Shown piece by piece: positions 1 through 12,179 of a stretch of DNA of 64,000 nt. Each line of letters begins with the position of its first letter. Position 1 is the first letter of the stretch. A model generated the notes under the pieces. It saw only the letters and a list, made by a program, of their open reading frames with translations. It was not told where the DNA came from and ran no database searches. This DNA is from Octopus sinensis. Lineage: Eukaryota. The translations under genes were made by a program, and so were the position numbers. The DNA is taken from assembly GCF_006345805.1 (NCBI RefSeq), contig NC_042998.1:185008001-185072000 (forward strand), given 5' to 3'.

Positions 1-35
1 CCTCAGCACCACCACCACCGCCACTACCACAATTA

Positions 36-67
<32 letters not shown>

Positions 68-562
68 ACTGCTGCTGCTGCTACTGCTGCTGCTGCTGCT
101 AGCGGCGTCGCTTGCCTCCCCTTCCACTACTTGCTATCATTCGTCTCCCCCACTTTCCCCAAATGTAGATCTCAACAGCTCTCAGCTGCATCACACTACA
201 CTAATCAAGAATGAAATCGAAAGTCAACAACAATAACAACAGTAACAACAACGACGGCAACGTTAAGAACAACAACAGCAGCAGCAACAACAACAACAAC
301 AACAACAATAACAATAATCCTTTCTGCTAAAGGTACAAGGCCTGGAACTTGGTGGGTGAGGGGAGTTGTAGATTACATCGACCCCAGTGTTTCACTGGTA
401 CTTAATTTATCGACCCCGAAAGGATGAAAGGCAAACTCGGCCTCGGCGAAATTTGAACTCAGAACGTAGAGTCTGACGAAGTGTCGCTAAACATTTTGTC
501 TGTTGCGGTAACGATTCTGCCAGCTCACCGCCTTAACAACAACAACAATGACGACGACGACG

Positions 563-593
<31 letters not shown>

Positions 594-680
594 CGACTAC
601 AACAACAATAACAATAACAACAATAATAACAACAACAACACAACAACAACAACAACAACAATAACAATAACAATAATAAT
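1..680. repeat. Trinucleotide microsatellites (CAC/CTA/CTG 1-100; AAC/AAT/GAC 225-315 and 535-680)
   Basis: Direct reading; accounts for the poly-N/D/T ORF 481-690. Confidence 0.95.
316..534 (-). mobile_element. tRNA-derived SINE family A, decayed monomer with tail type 2
   Basis: Reverse complement of the recurrent AAGGCGGCGAGCTGGCAGAA...GAGTTCAAATT...CCTTTCATCCTTTCGGGGTCGATAAATTAAGTACCAG consensus; flanked by AAC/AAT repeats. Confidence 0.85.
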
Positions 681-1251
681 ACCAGGCTAGGAGTTTCTTG
701 AAGTTATACGCGATAGTTCCCGACCCAGAAGTCCTCTAAGACAAATGAACTCATCCTCATCGACGCCTAGTGTTTCGCTCACCTACCACTAATTTTCTAT
801 ATATTGCTAACGGAGAACTTCCATTGAGTGCATTGTTCGACTAGTAGAAGGCCGTGAAAGCCTGATAACAATCCAGGTGCTTGGCGCTCACAGTTGGTCT
901 TTTCTTGTCTCAAAAAGATGGGCCGTCAACAAGATGGGCTGCAGACAAACGTATATTACAAACGGAGATCACGCCTGCTCTTACTGTGCAAGAAAATCTG
1001 CAGGTGGCGCAGCCTCAGCGTGTATCTGCATGTCAGCAGCCACGGCATGCCGAGCCCGTCTTCTAGATGACGTTGGTGATCTGTAATATAAGTACAAAGC
1101 ATGAAATCTAAAGAGGAAAATTGACCTTAGAGAATGAAAATGTCCTAAACGAGATTTGAGTGCAGAGGTTAGGGTTAGAGATAGGGTAACAAAATACTGG
1201 AAAGCTGTTGTTCACCTTTCTATCGTTCAATCACTTCATCAAAGTAATAAT

Positions 1252-1526
1252 AACAAGAGTCACTCAGAGAGCGCAAACCTCCGCCAAGATAATACCAACG
1301 TCCTTTCAACGATTAGCTAGAGATGATATTTTAAATGAGAATATTTGAAATAAACTCCACTGCTCTAACAAACGAGAATACTAAAAATGAACCCGAAATC
1401 TAATCAGTTCGTGCCAGTCATCCAAATCCATTCAGCTGTTCTTGAGGTATCTTGTCCACAGACAGACAAACACACAAACAAACGCGACTGAAAACAATAC
1501 CTCCGCTTTCGCTAAGGCGGAGGTTA
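1252..1526 (+). mobile_element. Non-autonomous Helentron-type element (HINE)
   Basis: Starts AACAAGAGTCACTCAGAGAGCGCAAACCTCCGCC; subterminal ACCTCCGCC 1277-1285; internal CAGA/CAAA repeat; 3' hairpin ACCTCCGC (1499-1506) / GCGGAGGT (1517-1524). Confidence 0.7.
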
Positions 1527-1530
1527 TAAT

Positions 1531-1734
1531 AATCCTTTCTACTATAGATACAAGGCTTGAAATTTTGGGGGATGGGATAAGTCTATTACATCGACCCCAG
1601 TGCTTCACTGGTACTTAATTTATCGACCCCAAATAGATAAGCGGTAAGTCGATCTCAGCAGAATTTGAACCAAAGCGTAAAGACGGACGAAATGCCGCTA
1701 AGCATTTTGTCCGGTGTGCTCACGATTCTGCCTT
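1531..1734 (-). mobile_element. SINE family A, decayed
   Basis: Same consensus as 316-534. Confidence 0.8.
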
Positions 1735-1788
1735 AATAATAACAATAATTATAATGATTACAGCAACAATGATAGCAGCAATAATAAG

Positions 1789-2533
1789 TTAATGAATCAA
1801 GCTCGTGTGATCCAAGTTGAAACAGAGAGAATATTAAAAAGAATCCATGAAAAGATGACAAGTCAAGACCTACTAAAGAGATGGTACAGGTTGAAGGGCA
1901 AAATGAAAACAATGAGAACTGTTTGGAAAGAAATGAATTTGACATGGAAGTAGAAAATCCAAACGATAGTGGGATTGACAATATAGCATTTGATGGAAAC
2001 CAGATGTAAATAACAACTGAAAATTTGCCAGATGAAAGAAAGAAATATTTGGATGCAATTAAAAGATATTTTGAATCATTCATAAACCTTTTGACTGAAA
2101 CAAAAAAATGTCGCTGATGTAACGTGAGCAAGTTACAACTACAAGCACCACTGACATTTATTTAAACCGTGCTACTACGGTAGGTGACGGTGAAGGGCTG
2201 GGTTTGAAATATGTAGAGAAGACAGAGAAGAAAATTTCCTGAAGGAAAAGGCAAATTGAAGGAGAGAAACTTAGAAGTGACCTCAGTAAGATTGAAACCT
2301 GGAACAAGGATAAATTAGGAAAAGAACAGGATACGTCAAACCTTGAATGGGAGTATAATGTATAATAGAAAAGGATTATTATAGTGAGAAAACAGATCAA
2401 GCAAACATTAAGTGTAAAAATCGACCTAAAAAGTTTCACATTGAGAGCGCAACCATTTTGAGAAGAAATTTAAGTATGTCCAATTACATATAATGAAAGC
2501 GCAGAATGGATCAAAGCAGTTAAAATAGAGGTA

Positions 2534-2535
<2 letters not shown>
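1789..2535 (+). pseudogene. Highly decayed R4/Dong-clade LINE ORF N-terminal fragment
   Basis: Broken-frame peptides LMNQARVI, GLGLKY...RKRQIEGEKLRSDLSKI, IKQTLSVK and HNESAEWIKAV are colinear with the element at 7072-9885 (LCDQARAI, KDPWWKKRIQGELDMLSKEI, EELKQCLVAK, HKKDAEWL). Confidence 0.65.
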
Positions 2536-2607
<72 letters not shown>

Positions 2608-2609
2608 TT

Positions 2610-2741
2610 GACGGGCTTTTTAGTCGACCAAATCCACTCATAAGGCTTTGAACAACCGGGAAGACATTTGTCTAAGATGTTATGCAGTAAGACTGAACCC
2701 GGAACCATATGGCTGGGAAGCGAATTTCTTACCACACGGCT
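2610..2741 (-). mobile_element. SINE family B 5' half, decayed
   Basis: Reverse complement of TGGCTGTGTGGTAAG...GGTTCAGT...GTGAGTGGATTTGGT head next to (TA)n. Confidence 0.7.
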
Positions 2742-2795
2742 ATAGAAGTAAATATGCCTATAGAAGTAAATATACATATAGAAGTAAGTATACAC
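2741..2795. repeat. 18-bp tandem repeat x3 (TATAGAAGTAAATATRCM)
   Basis: tatagaagtaaatatgcc / tatagaagtaaatataca / tatagaagtaagtataca. Confidence 0.85.
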
Positions 2796-3399
2796 TTGAG
2801 CCAATATATCACTTTGTTGGTGATATTTTTGGTTGAAACAAGCACAATATATATTAATGAGTATACAACCATGTCTCATAAAAAATTTTTAAATACGTAT
2901 AAACATAATTGTACAGTACAAAAGAAATAAACAAATTATTTAACCATCATTGGTTAATATTGAGTATATTGACCGAAATATATGGATGCAAATTGTGTAA
3001 CAAAGAACTAGAGTAGAGGAAAGGAATGTGTCAAAGATAATTGATAAAAATATAATGGCAGGGAAATAAGGGAAAAATTGATAATGTATACAGAAAATCG
3101 TATGTTTAAAGTCAATTTTTAAAACGACAAAGTCTTGATTAAGCAAGAAATATACTGTTGTAGTATATATATAGGAAAGTAGTAAGCTCCATACTCAATT
3201 GCGTGGTATAAGATTACGTAACAGAATAATCGATACGAGGGACATATTTGTGTTAAAAAATTATGGTGATAGAAAGTGATTCTTTCTGAGAATCGGTTGA
3301 GAATGGGATCTTTTCCAAAACATACTTCGTTATCCTTATGGTGTTATGACTCCATGGTCATTAGTTTCTTGTGGATGATTTAGTTTTAGATAAAATGCT

Positions 3400-3830
3400 T
3401 TAATTTGAATTATTCTTCAGTTCCTAAAATTAAATGGACAGTAATGTAACATTACTTTTGATTGAATCCTGAATGCTGATTAAAGAATTAATTAAAAGGA
3501 TAAACGTTGAAGTCCATGTATACTTTGAAGGAAATAACAGATTCCATATTGCATTGGTTAACGATGTTTTGTGCAAGTAATTTGAACTATGATCGAAAAT
3601 ACTAAATTTAGTAGAATTAAAATTTTCAAGCGTAGAATAAGTACTAGTTTGGTTTATTTGGCTCGATTACTTGAGATAGTAATTGAGGTAAAGTTAGATG
3701 TTGCAGAATAACATGTTTTAATAGTACATTTAGTATAACTTGTAGTGATAAGTATGTTTTGAAAAGAAAGTTCTTTTCGAGTAACGAAAAAGATATTTAG
3801 CCATAGTGGAAAAGATTGACAGGTCGAATA
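3400..3830 (-). pseudogene. Penelope-like element GIY-YIG endonuclease remnant
   Basis: Minus-strand peptides KTCYSATSNF and KTSLTNAIWNLLFPSKYTWTS resemble the PLE pattern K.YYG.T...F...T.LS..IW.LK...Y.W. Confidence 0.45.
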
Positions 3831-3844
3831 GCAAATTATATGCA

Positions 3845-4045
3845 TGTGTGTGTATGTGTGTGTGTATAAGCATGAGTATAAGCATGTGTATGTATAAATT
3901 TATTAGATAGATAGATCGATAGATATATTCGCATACATAGTAAAATGCATGCATGTGTACTTGTATATAAGTATATGCGTGCGTCTATGTCTGACTGTGT
4001 AATGTGCGCAAACACGCACATATACACGTACATATGTGTATTTAG

Positions 4046-4080
<35 letters not shown>

Positions 4081-4133
4081 ATGTATATATATATGTGTGT
4101 GTGTGTGTATATATTTCTCTATCTATCTATATA

Positions 4134-4164
<31 letters not shown>

Positions 4165-4247
4165 ATATATATATATATAGGAATGAATATATACATATAT
4201 ATGTTTATAGGCACATATATGAATATGCATATATGTATATGTATGTA

Positions 4248-4319
<72 letters not shown>

Positions 4320-4391
4320 TAAAAACGGTAAGATAACAAAAGAAAGAAAGAGACCTCAATATTATGTAAAAAGAGGAAAATTATCTATAAA

Positions 4392-4422
<31 letters not shown>

Positions 4423-4504
4423 TATATAATGAGAGAGACAGAAACATAGGCAGAAAGAGTGATAGAGACACAGAGAGAGTGGAGAGATTCATGCAGCTAT
4501 GTGC

Positions 4505-4570
<66 letters not shown>
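3845..4570. repeat. Compound (TG)n/(TA)n/(TCTA)n/(CT)n microsatellites
   Basis: Direct reading. Confidence 0.95.
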
Positions 4571-4571
<1 letters not shown>

Positions 4572-5119
4572 CATACATATTCTCATTTTTCTCATATATA
4601 ATATAAATATAGATAAAGAATCAAAGTGCTCACTGTTTCAATGAACAGCTTGTATATAGCACCAGAGTTTAATATCTGAAATCAATGGTTGGATTCCGCT
4701 AATTCAGCTCAATTCAATCCAAACATTTCTGCCAATCGCTAAAAAACATTTGTACTGCTGGAAACTAGATTTCTTTTTCAGACCAGTTTATTAGATTTTG
4801 TTTTCATCGTACTTATTCGTTTTCATAATTTAACCTTCTGTCGAGAGGGGTTAATAATACCTTTTAAATTCCAGAAAAGTACTTTGAAAACGATTAACTC
4901 TTTGACTCTTTCATTCTTTGACTACGGTAGACTGTTCTTGCACACGAGATATTAAACGTCTTTTTATTCAATGCAAAAAGACGTAGTGAGAAGATTTCAG
5001 AATATTTTGTTCAAATAAGACATAAAAATTGCGTGAAAGAGATTTCCTCTTACGAAATAGTTTAAGACATACATACATACATATATACCTACATTTGTGT
5101 ATATGCATATGTATATATA

Positions 5120-5153
<34 letters not shown>

Positions 5154-5771
5154 ATGAGTGTGTGTATTTACTTAAATACATGTTGGAAAATACAACTTAT
5201 AGTTTCTAAAGGTAAATGGTTGATACAAGCTCGTCCATGCGTGTACAATTTCTTTTATAATGATGTGAAATATCCATTTACAGGTTCCAACTCATACACA
5301 TTCACTACCATGCACACATACACACACAGAGACAAACACACACACACAGCCACACCTATACACATACATACCTACACACACATTTGCAGAGACGCTTCCG
5401 CACAAATAAATATATATAGAGACGGCAGGAATTTACCGTGTTATCCGATACTTATGTTCTCTTTCAGAAGAAACGAGCGAAACGAAATTTAAACGCTTTC
5501 ATATAAAAAGTTTTCAGTTTGTCCAATTATGTCTATCTTAATATGATATCACCAAAGAACTGTCACTATTCTTCACATCCGACCATCTTTAATCCTACCC
5601 TCAAAATATTCCAGCTTATAAAAGTCATCTTTGAAATGAGCTTATTGGAAAAGTTCTACGTTTGCATGATCAGTGTTTGTACTGGTTTCGAAATGGCCTT
5701 CTCCAAGAACCAGAATCATTATAATCTATATATCCTTCTCTTCATTGGCGTTAAAGCGCAGCTAGTCGGCT

Positions 5772-5884
5772 TTTATTATTATTATTATTATTATTACTAT
5801 TATTATTATTATTATTATTACTATTATTATTATTATTATTATTATCATCATCATCATTATATTATTATTATTATTATCATCATT

Positions 5885-5922
<38 letters not shown>

Positions 5923-6065
5923 TATTATTATTATTATTATTATTATCATTATTATTATTATTATTATTATTTTTCTCATTATTATTATCATTATTATTAT
6001 TATTATCATTATTATTATTATTATCATTATTATTATCATTATTATTATTATTATTATCAGCATCA

Positions 6066-6107
<42 letters not shown>

Positions 6108-6125
6108 TATTATTATTATTATTAT
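5772..6125. repeat. (TTA)n/(TCA)n microsatellite
   Basis: Direct reading; source of the poly-Y/I ORF 5519-6271. Confidence 0.95.
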
Positions 6126-6628
6126 TTATCCTTTTTTCTTTCTTTTTTTTTCTTCTTTTATTTGTGTTCTTTTCATTGGTTGGAGTTTCCCCATCAATGA
6201 AATACTTAATATTCTACTTTCACCGATCAAGTGTAACGAACAATTATATTGGTGTGCTTCGCCGAATGTAAAGATGAATCTACTCTTTTAAATTAAAAAG
6301 ATCCCAAAGTAAAGAAATTCCTGAACAGTTTACATTACTTATTACAAATCACATATATAGCCAACTTATTTGGTGAGGTGTTTCCACCATCAATACATAG
6401 AAACTGCTTCTGCGGCTGTTGTTGTAGCTGTCACTCTCTGATGTTTAGGATGACATCATTTACAAAGGGGGAGATAATCTATATAAGTTTTATCGACTTT
6501 CATCTCTGAACAAAGTATGTGAAAGTTAATTATTTCAGGGTGAGTCGATGAAAATTTGAGGGGGAGGATGGAATGCAGGGGGGATCAACTTAACTGTAAG
6601 GAGACGTGGAAGTAGGAAATACATCGCA

Positions 6629-6629
6629 G

Positions 6630-6666
<37 letters not shown>

Positions 6667-6685
6667 AGATAATAATAATAATAAT

Positions 6686-6738
<53 letters not shown>

Positions 6739-6978
6739 CAACAATAATAATAGTTCTTTCTATTATAAGCACAAGGCCTGACATTTTGGGGAGGTGGGTA
6801 GTCGATTACATCGATACCCAGTACTCAATTGGTGCTTATTTTAACGACCCCGAAAGGATGAAAGGTAAAGTGGACCCCAGAACGTAAGAACGAACAAAAT
6901 GCCGCTAGGCGTTTTACCAGGCTCACTAACGATTATGCCAGCACGCCGCCTTAAATAATAGTAATAATAATAATGATG

Positions 6979-7066
<88 letters not shown>

Positions 7067-7070
7067 TGAT
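6629..7070. repeat. (GAT)n/(AAT)n tracts flanking a SINE and abutting the R4 element
   Basis: (GAT)n 6629-6664, (AAT)n about 6668-6752 and 6953-7070. Confidence 0.95.
6754..6952 (-). mobile_element. SINE family A, decayed
   Basis: Family A consensus with tail type 2. Confidence 0.8.
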
Positions 7071-7071
7071 G

Positions 7072-9885
7072 AATGGAAATAGGTGGAGCCTCATGGGCTG
7101 ATTAATAATGATACATCTAGTGATGGTGTCACAATAAAAACACTGGTAATTGCGCAACCTGATAATTACTACCTCATATGAATGACAATGAAAATACAAA
7201 ATATTGTGAATAACGGTAGGAATGAAACTGAAGCCAATGATGGTGACAGTGTTGCACCCTGTAGGCTCAGAGATTCTGGTCCGACTCCAGCCTGTCGATA
7301 TCCAGAAAGGGACCACCACACACGGCCTAGACGGAGTAAGCAAATTAATGCTGTGGTCATGGAGTGTTACTACCTGAGCAGCCCGGTAGATGAAAATGGT
7401 ACTCAAATTAAGGGTTACCGACAACGTATATATGATCATTGCAGAGAAAAGGGATTGTTTCAACTCAATGAACAATCTATGTGATCAAGCAAGAGCAATA
7501 AAAAAAAAATCGTTGGTTCACAGAAGTAGAGCTCGAAGCTATCAAAAGACGGGTCATGGAAATAGCAGCAGAGACAACAATGACAATACAGTTCTTACTA
7601 ATAAGAGTAATCTCATAGCACAGGAAAGGAGCAGTGGTAGTTTACATGATGAGGGATATGTAGATGATCTAAAAGAAGACAATAAAACTAATGGCGACAT
7701 GACAGATGAACAAAAGGCAATCAACGACAGAATAAATTTAAGACTACAGGAGAACGATAGCGACATTATTTGCAACCATAAAAATGTTGATCGATGGAAA
7801 TTGAACCAAGAAACGAAAACTGTCAATGAAATTCTGAAATACATCAGAACAAACATCACAGAAACAAAAAGTATTGTTGTAGCAGAAAACGTGGGGGTTG
7901 ATATCAAGAAAAAGAAACATAATGGGAGTGGCAAAAGAAAAGATCCATGGTGGAAAAAAAGAATCCAGGGAGAGTTAGACATGCTCTCAAAGGAAATCTT
8001 TGTGTTAGACGGAAAAGAGAAAGGGGAGCTTAAAAGCGAACCAAAATACAGGATGCTGAAAAGAAAATATAATATTGAAAGAAAGGGCCTGAAAGTAGTA
8101 ATGGAGGAACTGAAACAGTGCCTCGTTGCAAAGAAAATAAAGATGGTATGATACAACCAAAGAATGAATGGTTACCACCAGAATAGGTTATTCAGAGTAG
8201 AACAGAAGAGATTCTATAAAGAAATAAATGGAGAGTGTACAGATGAAAAGTTGATATTGGATAATATTGAAAGTCAAAGGTTTTGAAGTGTCGTCTGGAG
8301 CAAAGACAAGGAGCACAAGAAGGATGCTGAATGGTTGCAAGAACTGAACCAAACAGTAGTCTGTCCAAAACAGGCAGAACTAGTAATTTCAATTAGGGAA
8401 GTGAAGGAAATCAGCAAAGAAATGAGCAACTGGAAGGCTCCGGGACCAGATGGCTACTGGATCAAAAGATTTGATGAATGTCATGTACGAATAGCTGCGA
8501 AACTCAACATCTTATTAAATGCCGACCACGTAACCCCAGGGTGGTTGACATTGGTAGGACAGTGCTGTGCCTGAAAAACATTGAAAAGGGCAATACGGTA
8601 GGCAATTACAGGCCGATATCCTGTTTGCCACTAATGCGGAAGTTATTGACTGGAATACTTGCAGAGTCAATGTACGAACATCTGGAAAAATTGGAGTCCT
8701 GCCACATGAGCAGAATGGTTGCAAGCGTAAGTGCAAAGGTATCAAAGATCAACTCCTGATAGACTGTACTTTGGAAATAGATAAATTGATGGAGAAAGAA
8801 ATCACAAAAATTTAAGGTGGAATACTTGCGTAGACTGAGAGTGATCCTAAAGTTGAAATTAAATCCACGGAATAAGGTCTCGAAGCTATCAATACCTGGG
8901 CGGTTTCACTCCTTAGATATGGAGCATGGGTACTCGCATGGACAGTAGACGAACAAAACAGCTTAGACAGAAAGACAAGGAAGTTGCTAACTAAATATGA
9001 GTCACTCCACCCAAAAAGTGACACAGACAGACTGTATTCACCAAGAAAAATAGTGGGAAGAGGACTTATTGGATGTGAACACAGCATTAGAGCAACAGGA
9101 AACAACATAGCATGGTATGTAAAAATGCCACAGAACCGCTATTAATAGAAGAAAGAAGGTCAGGCTTGTATAGGATGAAAGATTGCAAAGATAAAGCATT
9201 ATACAATAAATTGAAAACGAAAGAAACTGAAAATAGGTGGGGAAAGAAAAGAATGCATTGTCAATTTCATAGGGATGTTGAAGGTAAGACAGACAGAGAA
9301 AAAAGATGGCTGTGGTTTAAAACCGGAAACGGGGGCTCAAATCTGTGCTGCCCAAGAGCAAGCACTAAGAACAAACTTCATAAAATACAGAATAGACAAC
9401 ACAGCAGAAAGTGATAAGTGCAGAATCTGTGGACAAAACGGTGAAACCGTATGGCATATTACCAGCCAATGTACGCCACTTGCCTAGAAGGAATATAAGA
9501 GACGCCAAGACAATATAACCAGGCTTGTCCATTGGACACTTTGCAACAAGCATGCCCAGATGACAACAAGGTATGTGATAAGGAAGAACGAAAAGTCGAG
9601 AGATATGACAGGTTAGCTTGGGAAGTTAGGCAGTTGTGGTCGATGAGAAAGGTAGCAGTAGTACCAATAATTGTTGGAGCCCTGGAAACAGTGAGCAAAA
9701 ATCTCGAGAAGTACGTGGAACAAATAGGGGCTGCAATAAGAATGGAGCTCTTGCAGAAAACGGCACTCCGGAATATTCCGGAAGGTGCTTGAAGAATAAG
9801 AGGTGTTACCTTAGTTTACTGGTAGTGAGCAGCTGACACTGTAATACATCTCCAGCGTTAGAAGCTGCGCAAAGGCAATAATAAT
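7072..9885 (+). mobile_element. R4/Dong-clade non-LTR retrotransposon (RLE type), inactive and internally deleted
   Basis: VMECYYLS...GYRQRIY...CDQARAI N-terminal block; RT N-part [35 protein letters not shown]; AINTWAVSLLRYGA; LHPKSDTDRLY; CCHC knuckle CRIC...HITSQC; C-terminal KEERKVERYDRLAWEVRQLW...VVPIIVGAL; stop 9790-9792; many frameshifts and stops. Confidence 0.9.
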
Positions 9886-10321
9886 GAGGAGGAGGAGGAC
9901 GACGACGACGTCGATCATGATGATGATGATAAATATTGCAGTCCTTCTGATCAAAATATTGTCAAAAAAAAAAAAAAGAGACGGTGAGAAATTGTTTAAG
10001 CAGGATTCCCTGTAATCTAGTTTTTTTTTTCTATCTTTAGCCTCTTACTAAAGCTAATGAATTCTGCTCTAATCGTTCTTTCCAGAGAGAACTCTCTCAT
10101 TTGTTGTTGACGATTGTTACTATTAATCGGGCTTAATGAATTTACTAATTCATTCTCGGTAAACTCTGCACGCGGAGAAAGATGGGTCCAGCATTCAGTA
10201 AGCAGCTACCTATCTATTCAGTCATTCAAGGAAACGGGGTTAGATTTGGAATCAGTCTTAGGTGTAGCGTTTAATGTTTTCATTCCTTCATTCATTCTTT
10301 CATTCTGTCATAAGTATATAT

Positions 10322-10544
10322 CTATTTCAAGGGACTAGACACAGAGGGGACAAACAAGGACAGACAAACAGATTAAGACGATTACATTGACCCTAGTAAG
10401 TAACTGGTACTTAATTTATCGACCCCCGAAAGGATGAAAGGCAAAGTCGACCTCGGCGGAATTTGAACTCAGAACGTAACGGCAGACGAAATACGGCTTC
10501 GCATTTCGCCCGGCGTGCTAACGTTTCTGCCAGCTCGCCGCCTT
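10322..10544 (-). mobile_element. SINE family A with tail type 1
   Basis: Well-preserved head AAGGCGGCGAGCTGGCAGAAACGTTAGCACGCCGGGCGAAATG, B box GAGTTCAAATTCC. Confidence 0.9.
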
Positions 10545-10611
10545 ACATAAGTATATAATATATCGCTTTGTCTGTAGTGTCTGTACTAGTATCTATAGTA
10601 TGTGTTGTTGT

Positions 10612-10910
10612 TGTTGTTTGTTCCTTCTCGAGCCATGCCTGACTCATAAGGGCCGGTTTCCACGGTTTTATTGGAGTATAGGTTCCCCGCCTGGACGAGA
10701 CGTCGGTCCGTCGCAGGTGAGCTGCTAGATGCAGGAGGAAAGAGTGAGAAAAAGTTGTGGAGAAAGAGTCAGCAATGGTTCGCCATGACATTCTGCCGGA
10801 GCCACTTGGAGCTTAGGTGTTTCGCTCATAAGCACACACTAGTCGGTCTGAGATTCGAACCCGCGATCCCTCGACCGCGAGTCCGCTACTCTAAACACTA
10901 GGCCATGCGC
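10612..10910 (-). mobile_element. tRNA-derived SINE family C (V-domain-like), full length
   Basis: Head GCGCATGGCCTAGTGTTTAG...GGGTTCGAATCTC (A/B boxes); internal CTGCGACGGACCGACGTCTCGTCCAGG; (AAC)n tail. Confidence 0.8.
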
Positions 10911-11132
10911 TTTCACATCTGTAGTATATAGGGCTTCTTTATTTTTCTGTGGAGGGGGGCGGGTAGAAATAAAGTAAAATTTTTTCCGTGATCCTTTTCC
11001 TACCTACTTTGGTTTGTATGCATCATTCTTTTTCAAATTTTGCGTAGTTCTTGAACCTGTCACTCTTTCTCTATTCATATTCTGTATAAAATATATTCCA
11101 TATTCTGCCATTTATGTTTGTGCGTGTGTGTG

Positions 11133-11265
<133 letters not shown>

Positions 11266-11281
11266 TATTATATATATAGAC

Positions 11282-11670
11282 ATGGCTGTGTGGTAAGTAG
11301 CTTGCTTACAACCACATGGTTCCGGGTTCAGTCCCACTATGTGGCACCTTGGGCCAGCGTCTTCTACTATAGCCTCGGGCCGACCAAAGCCTTGTGAGTG
11401 GATTTGGTAGACGGAAACTGAAAGAAGTCCGTCGAATATATGTATATATATGTGTGTGTGTGTTTGTGTGTCTATGTTTGTCCCCCCCCCCCTATCATCG
11501 CTTGACAACCGATGTTGGTGTGTTTACGTCTCCGTAAATTAGTGGTTCGGCTAAAGAGACTGATAGGATAAGTACTAGGCTCACAAAGAAGAAGTCCTGG
11601 GGTTGATTTGTTGGACTAAAGGTGGTGCTCCAGCATGGCCGCGGTCAAATCACTGAAATATAAAAGAATA
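11282..11670 (+). mobile_element. SINE family B, near full length
   Basis: A-box-like TGGCTGTGTGG, B-box-like GGTTCAGTCCC, internal TA/TG repeat, tail GGTGGTGCTCCAGCATGGCC. Confidence 0.9.
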
Positions 11671-11773
11671 TATATATACCTGCATGCATGAATATGTGTA
11701 TGTATGTCTGTGCGTAAGTCTTTCCTCGTAAGCGTCTCCTTATACAGATTTTGAGACCAGCCGAATTTTATCA

Positions 11774-11832
<59 letters not shown>

Positions 11833-11856
11833 CATCCATCTATCTATCTATCTATC

Positions 11857-11898
<42 letters not shown>

Positions 11899-11899
11899 C

Positions 11900-11949
<50 letters not shown>

Positions 11950-11965
11950 TTGTCTATCTATCTAT
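11774..11965. repeat. (TCTA)n microsatellite
   Basis: Direct reading. Confidence 0.95.
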
Positions 11966-12179
11966 CTCGGTGATTTTCTTCTATATATGTGTGTGAGGGT
12001 CTTTGTGTGGGTGGTCTTTGTGTGTGTGTACATATATATATATATATGTATGTATGTATGTATATATGTACATTTGTATGCACATATGTCTGTACAGTTA
12101 TATGTGCGCGTAGTATAGGTGTATGCATGTATATGCACGTAGCCGTGAGTGTACGCGTGTATGTGTGTTTACATAGACC

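Noticed and set aside
4830-4856. TTAACC...GGTTAA mini inverted repeat as a piggyBac footprint
   Set aside because: Too short to distinguish from chance
5500-5770. RTE-like RT remnant on the minus strand (KLEYFEGRIKDG)
   Set aside because: Too degenerate, no diagnostic motif
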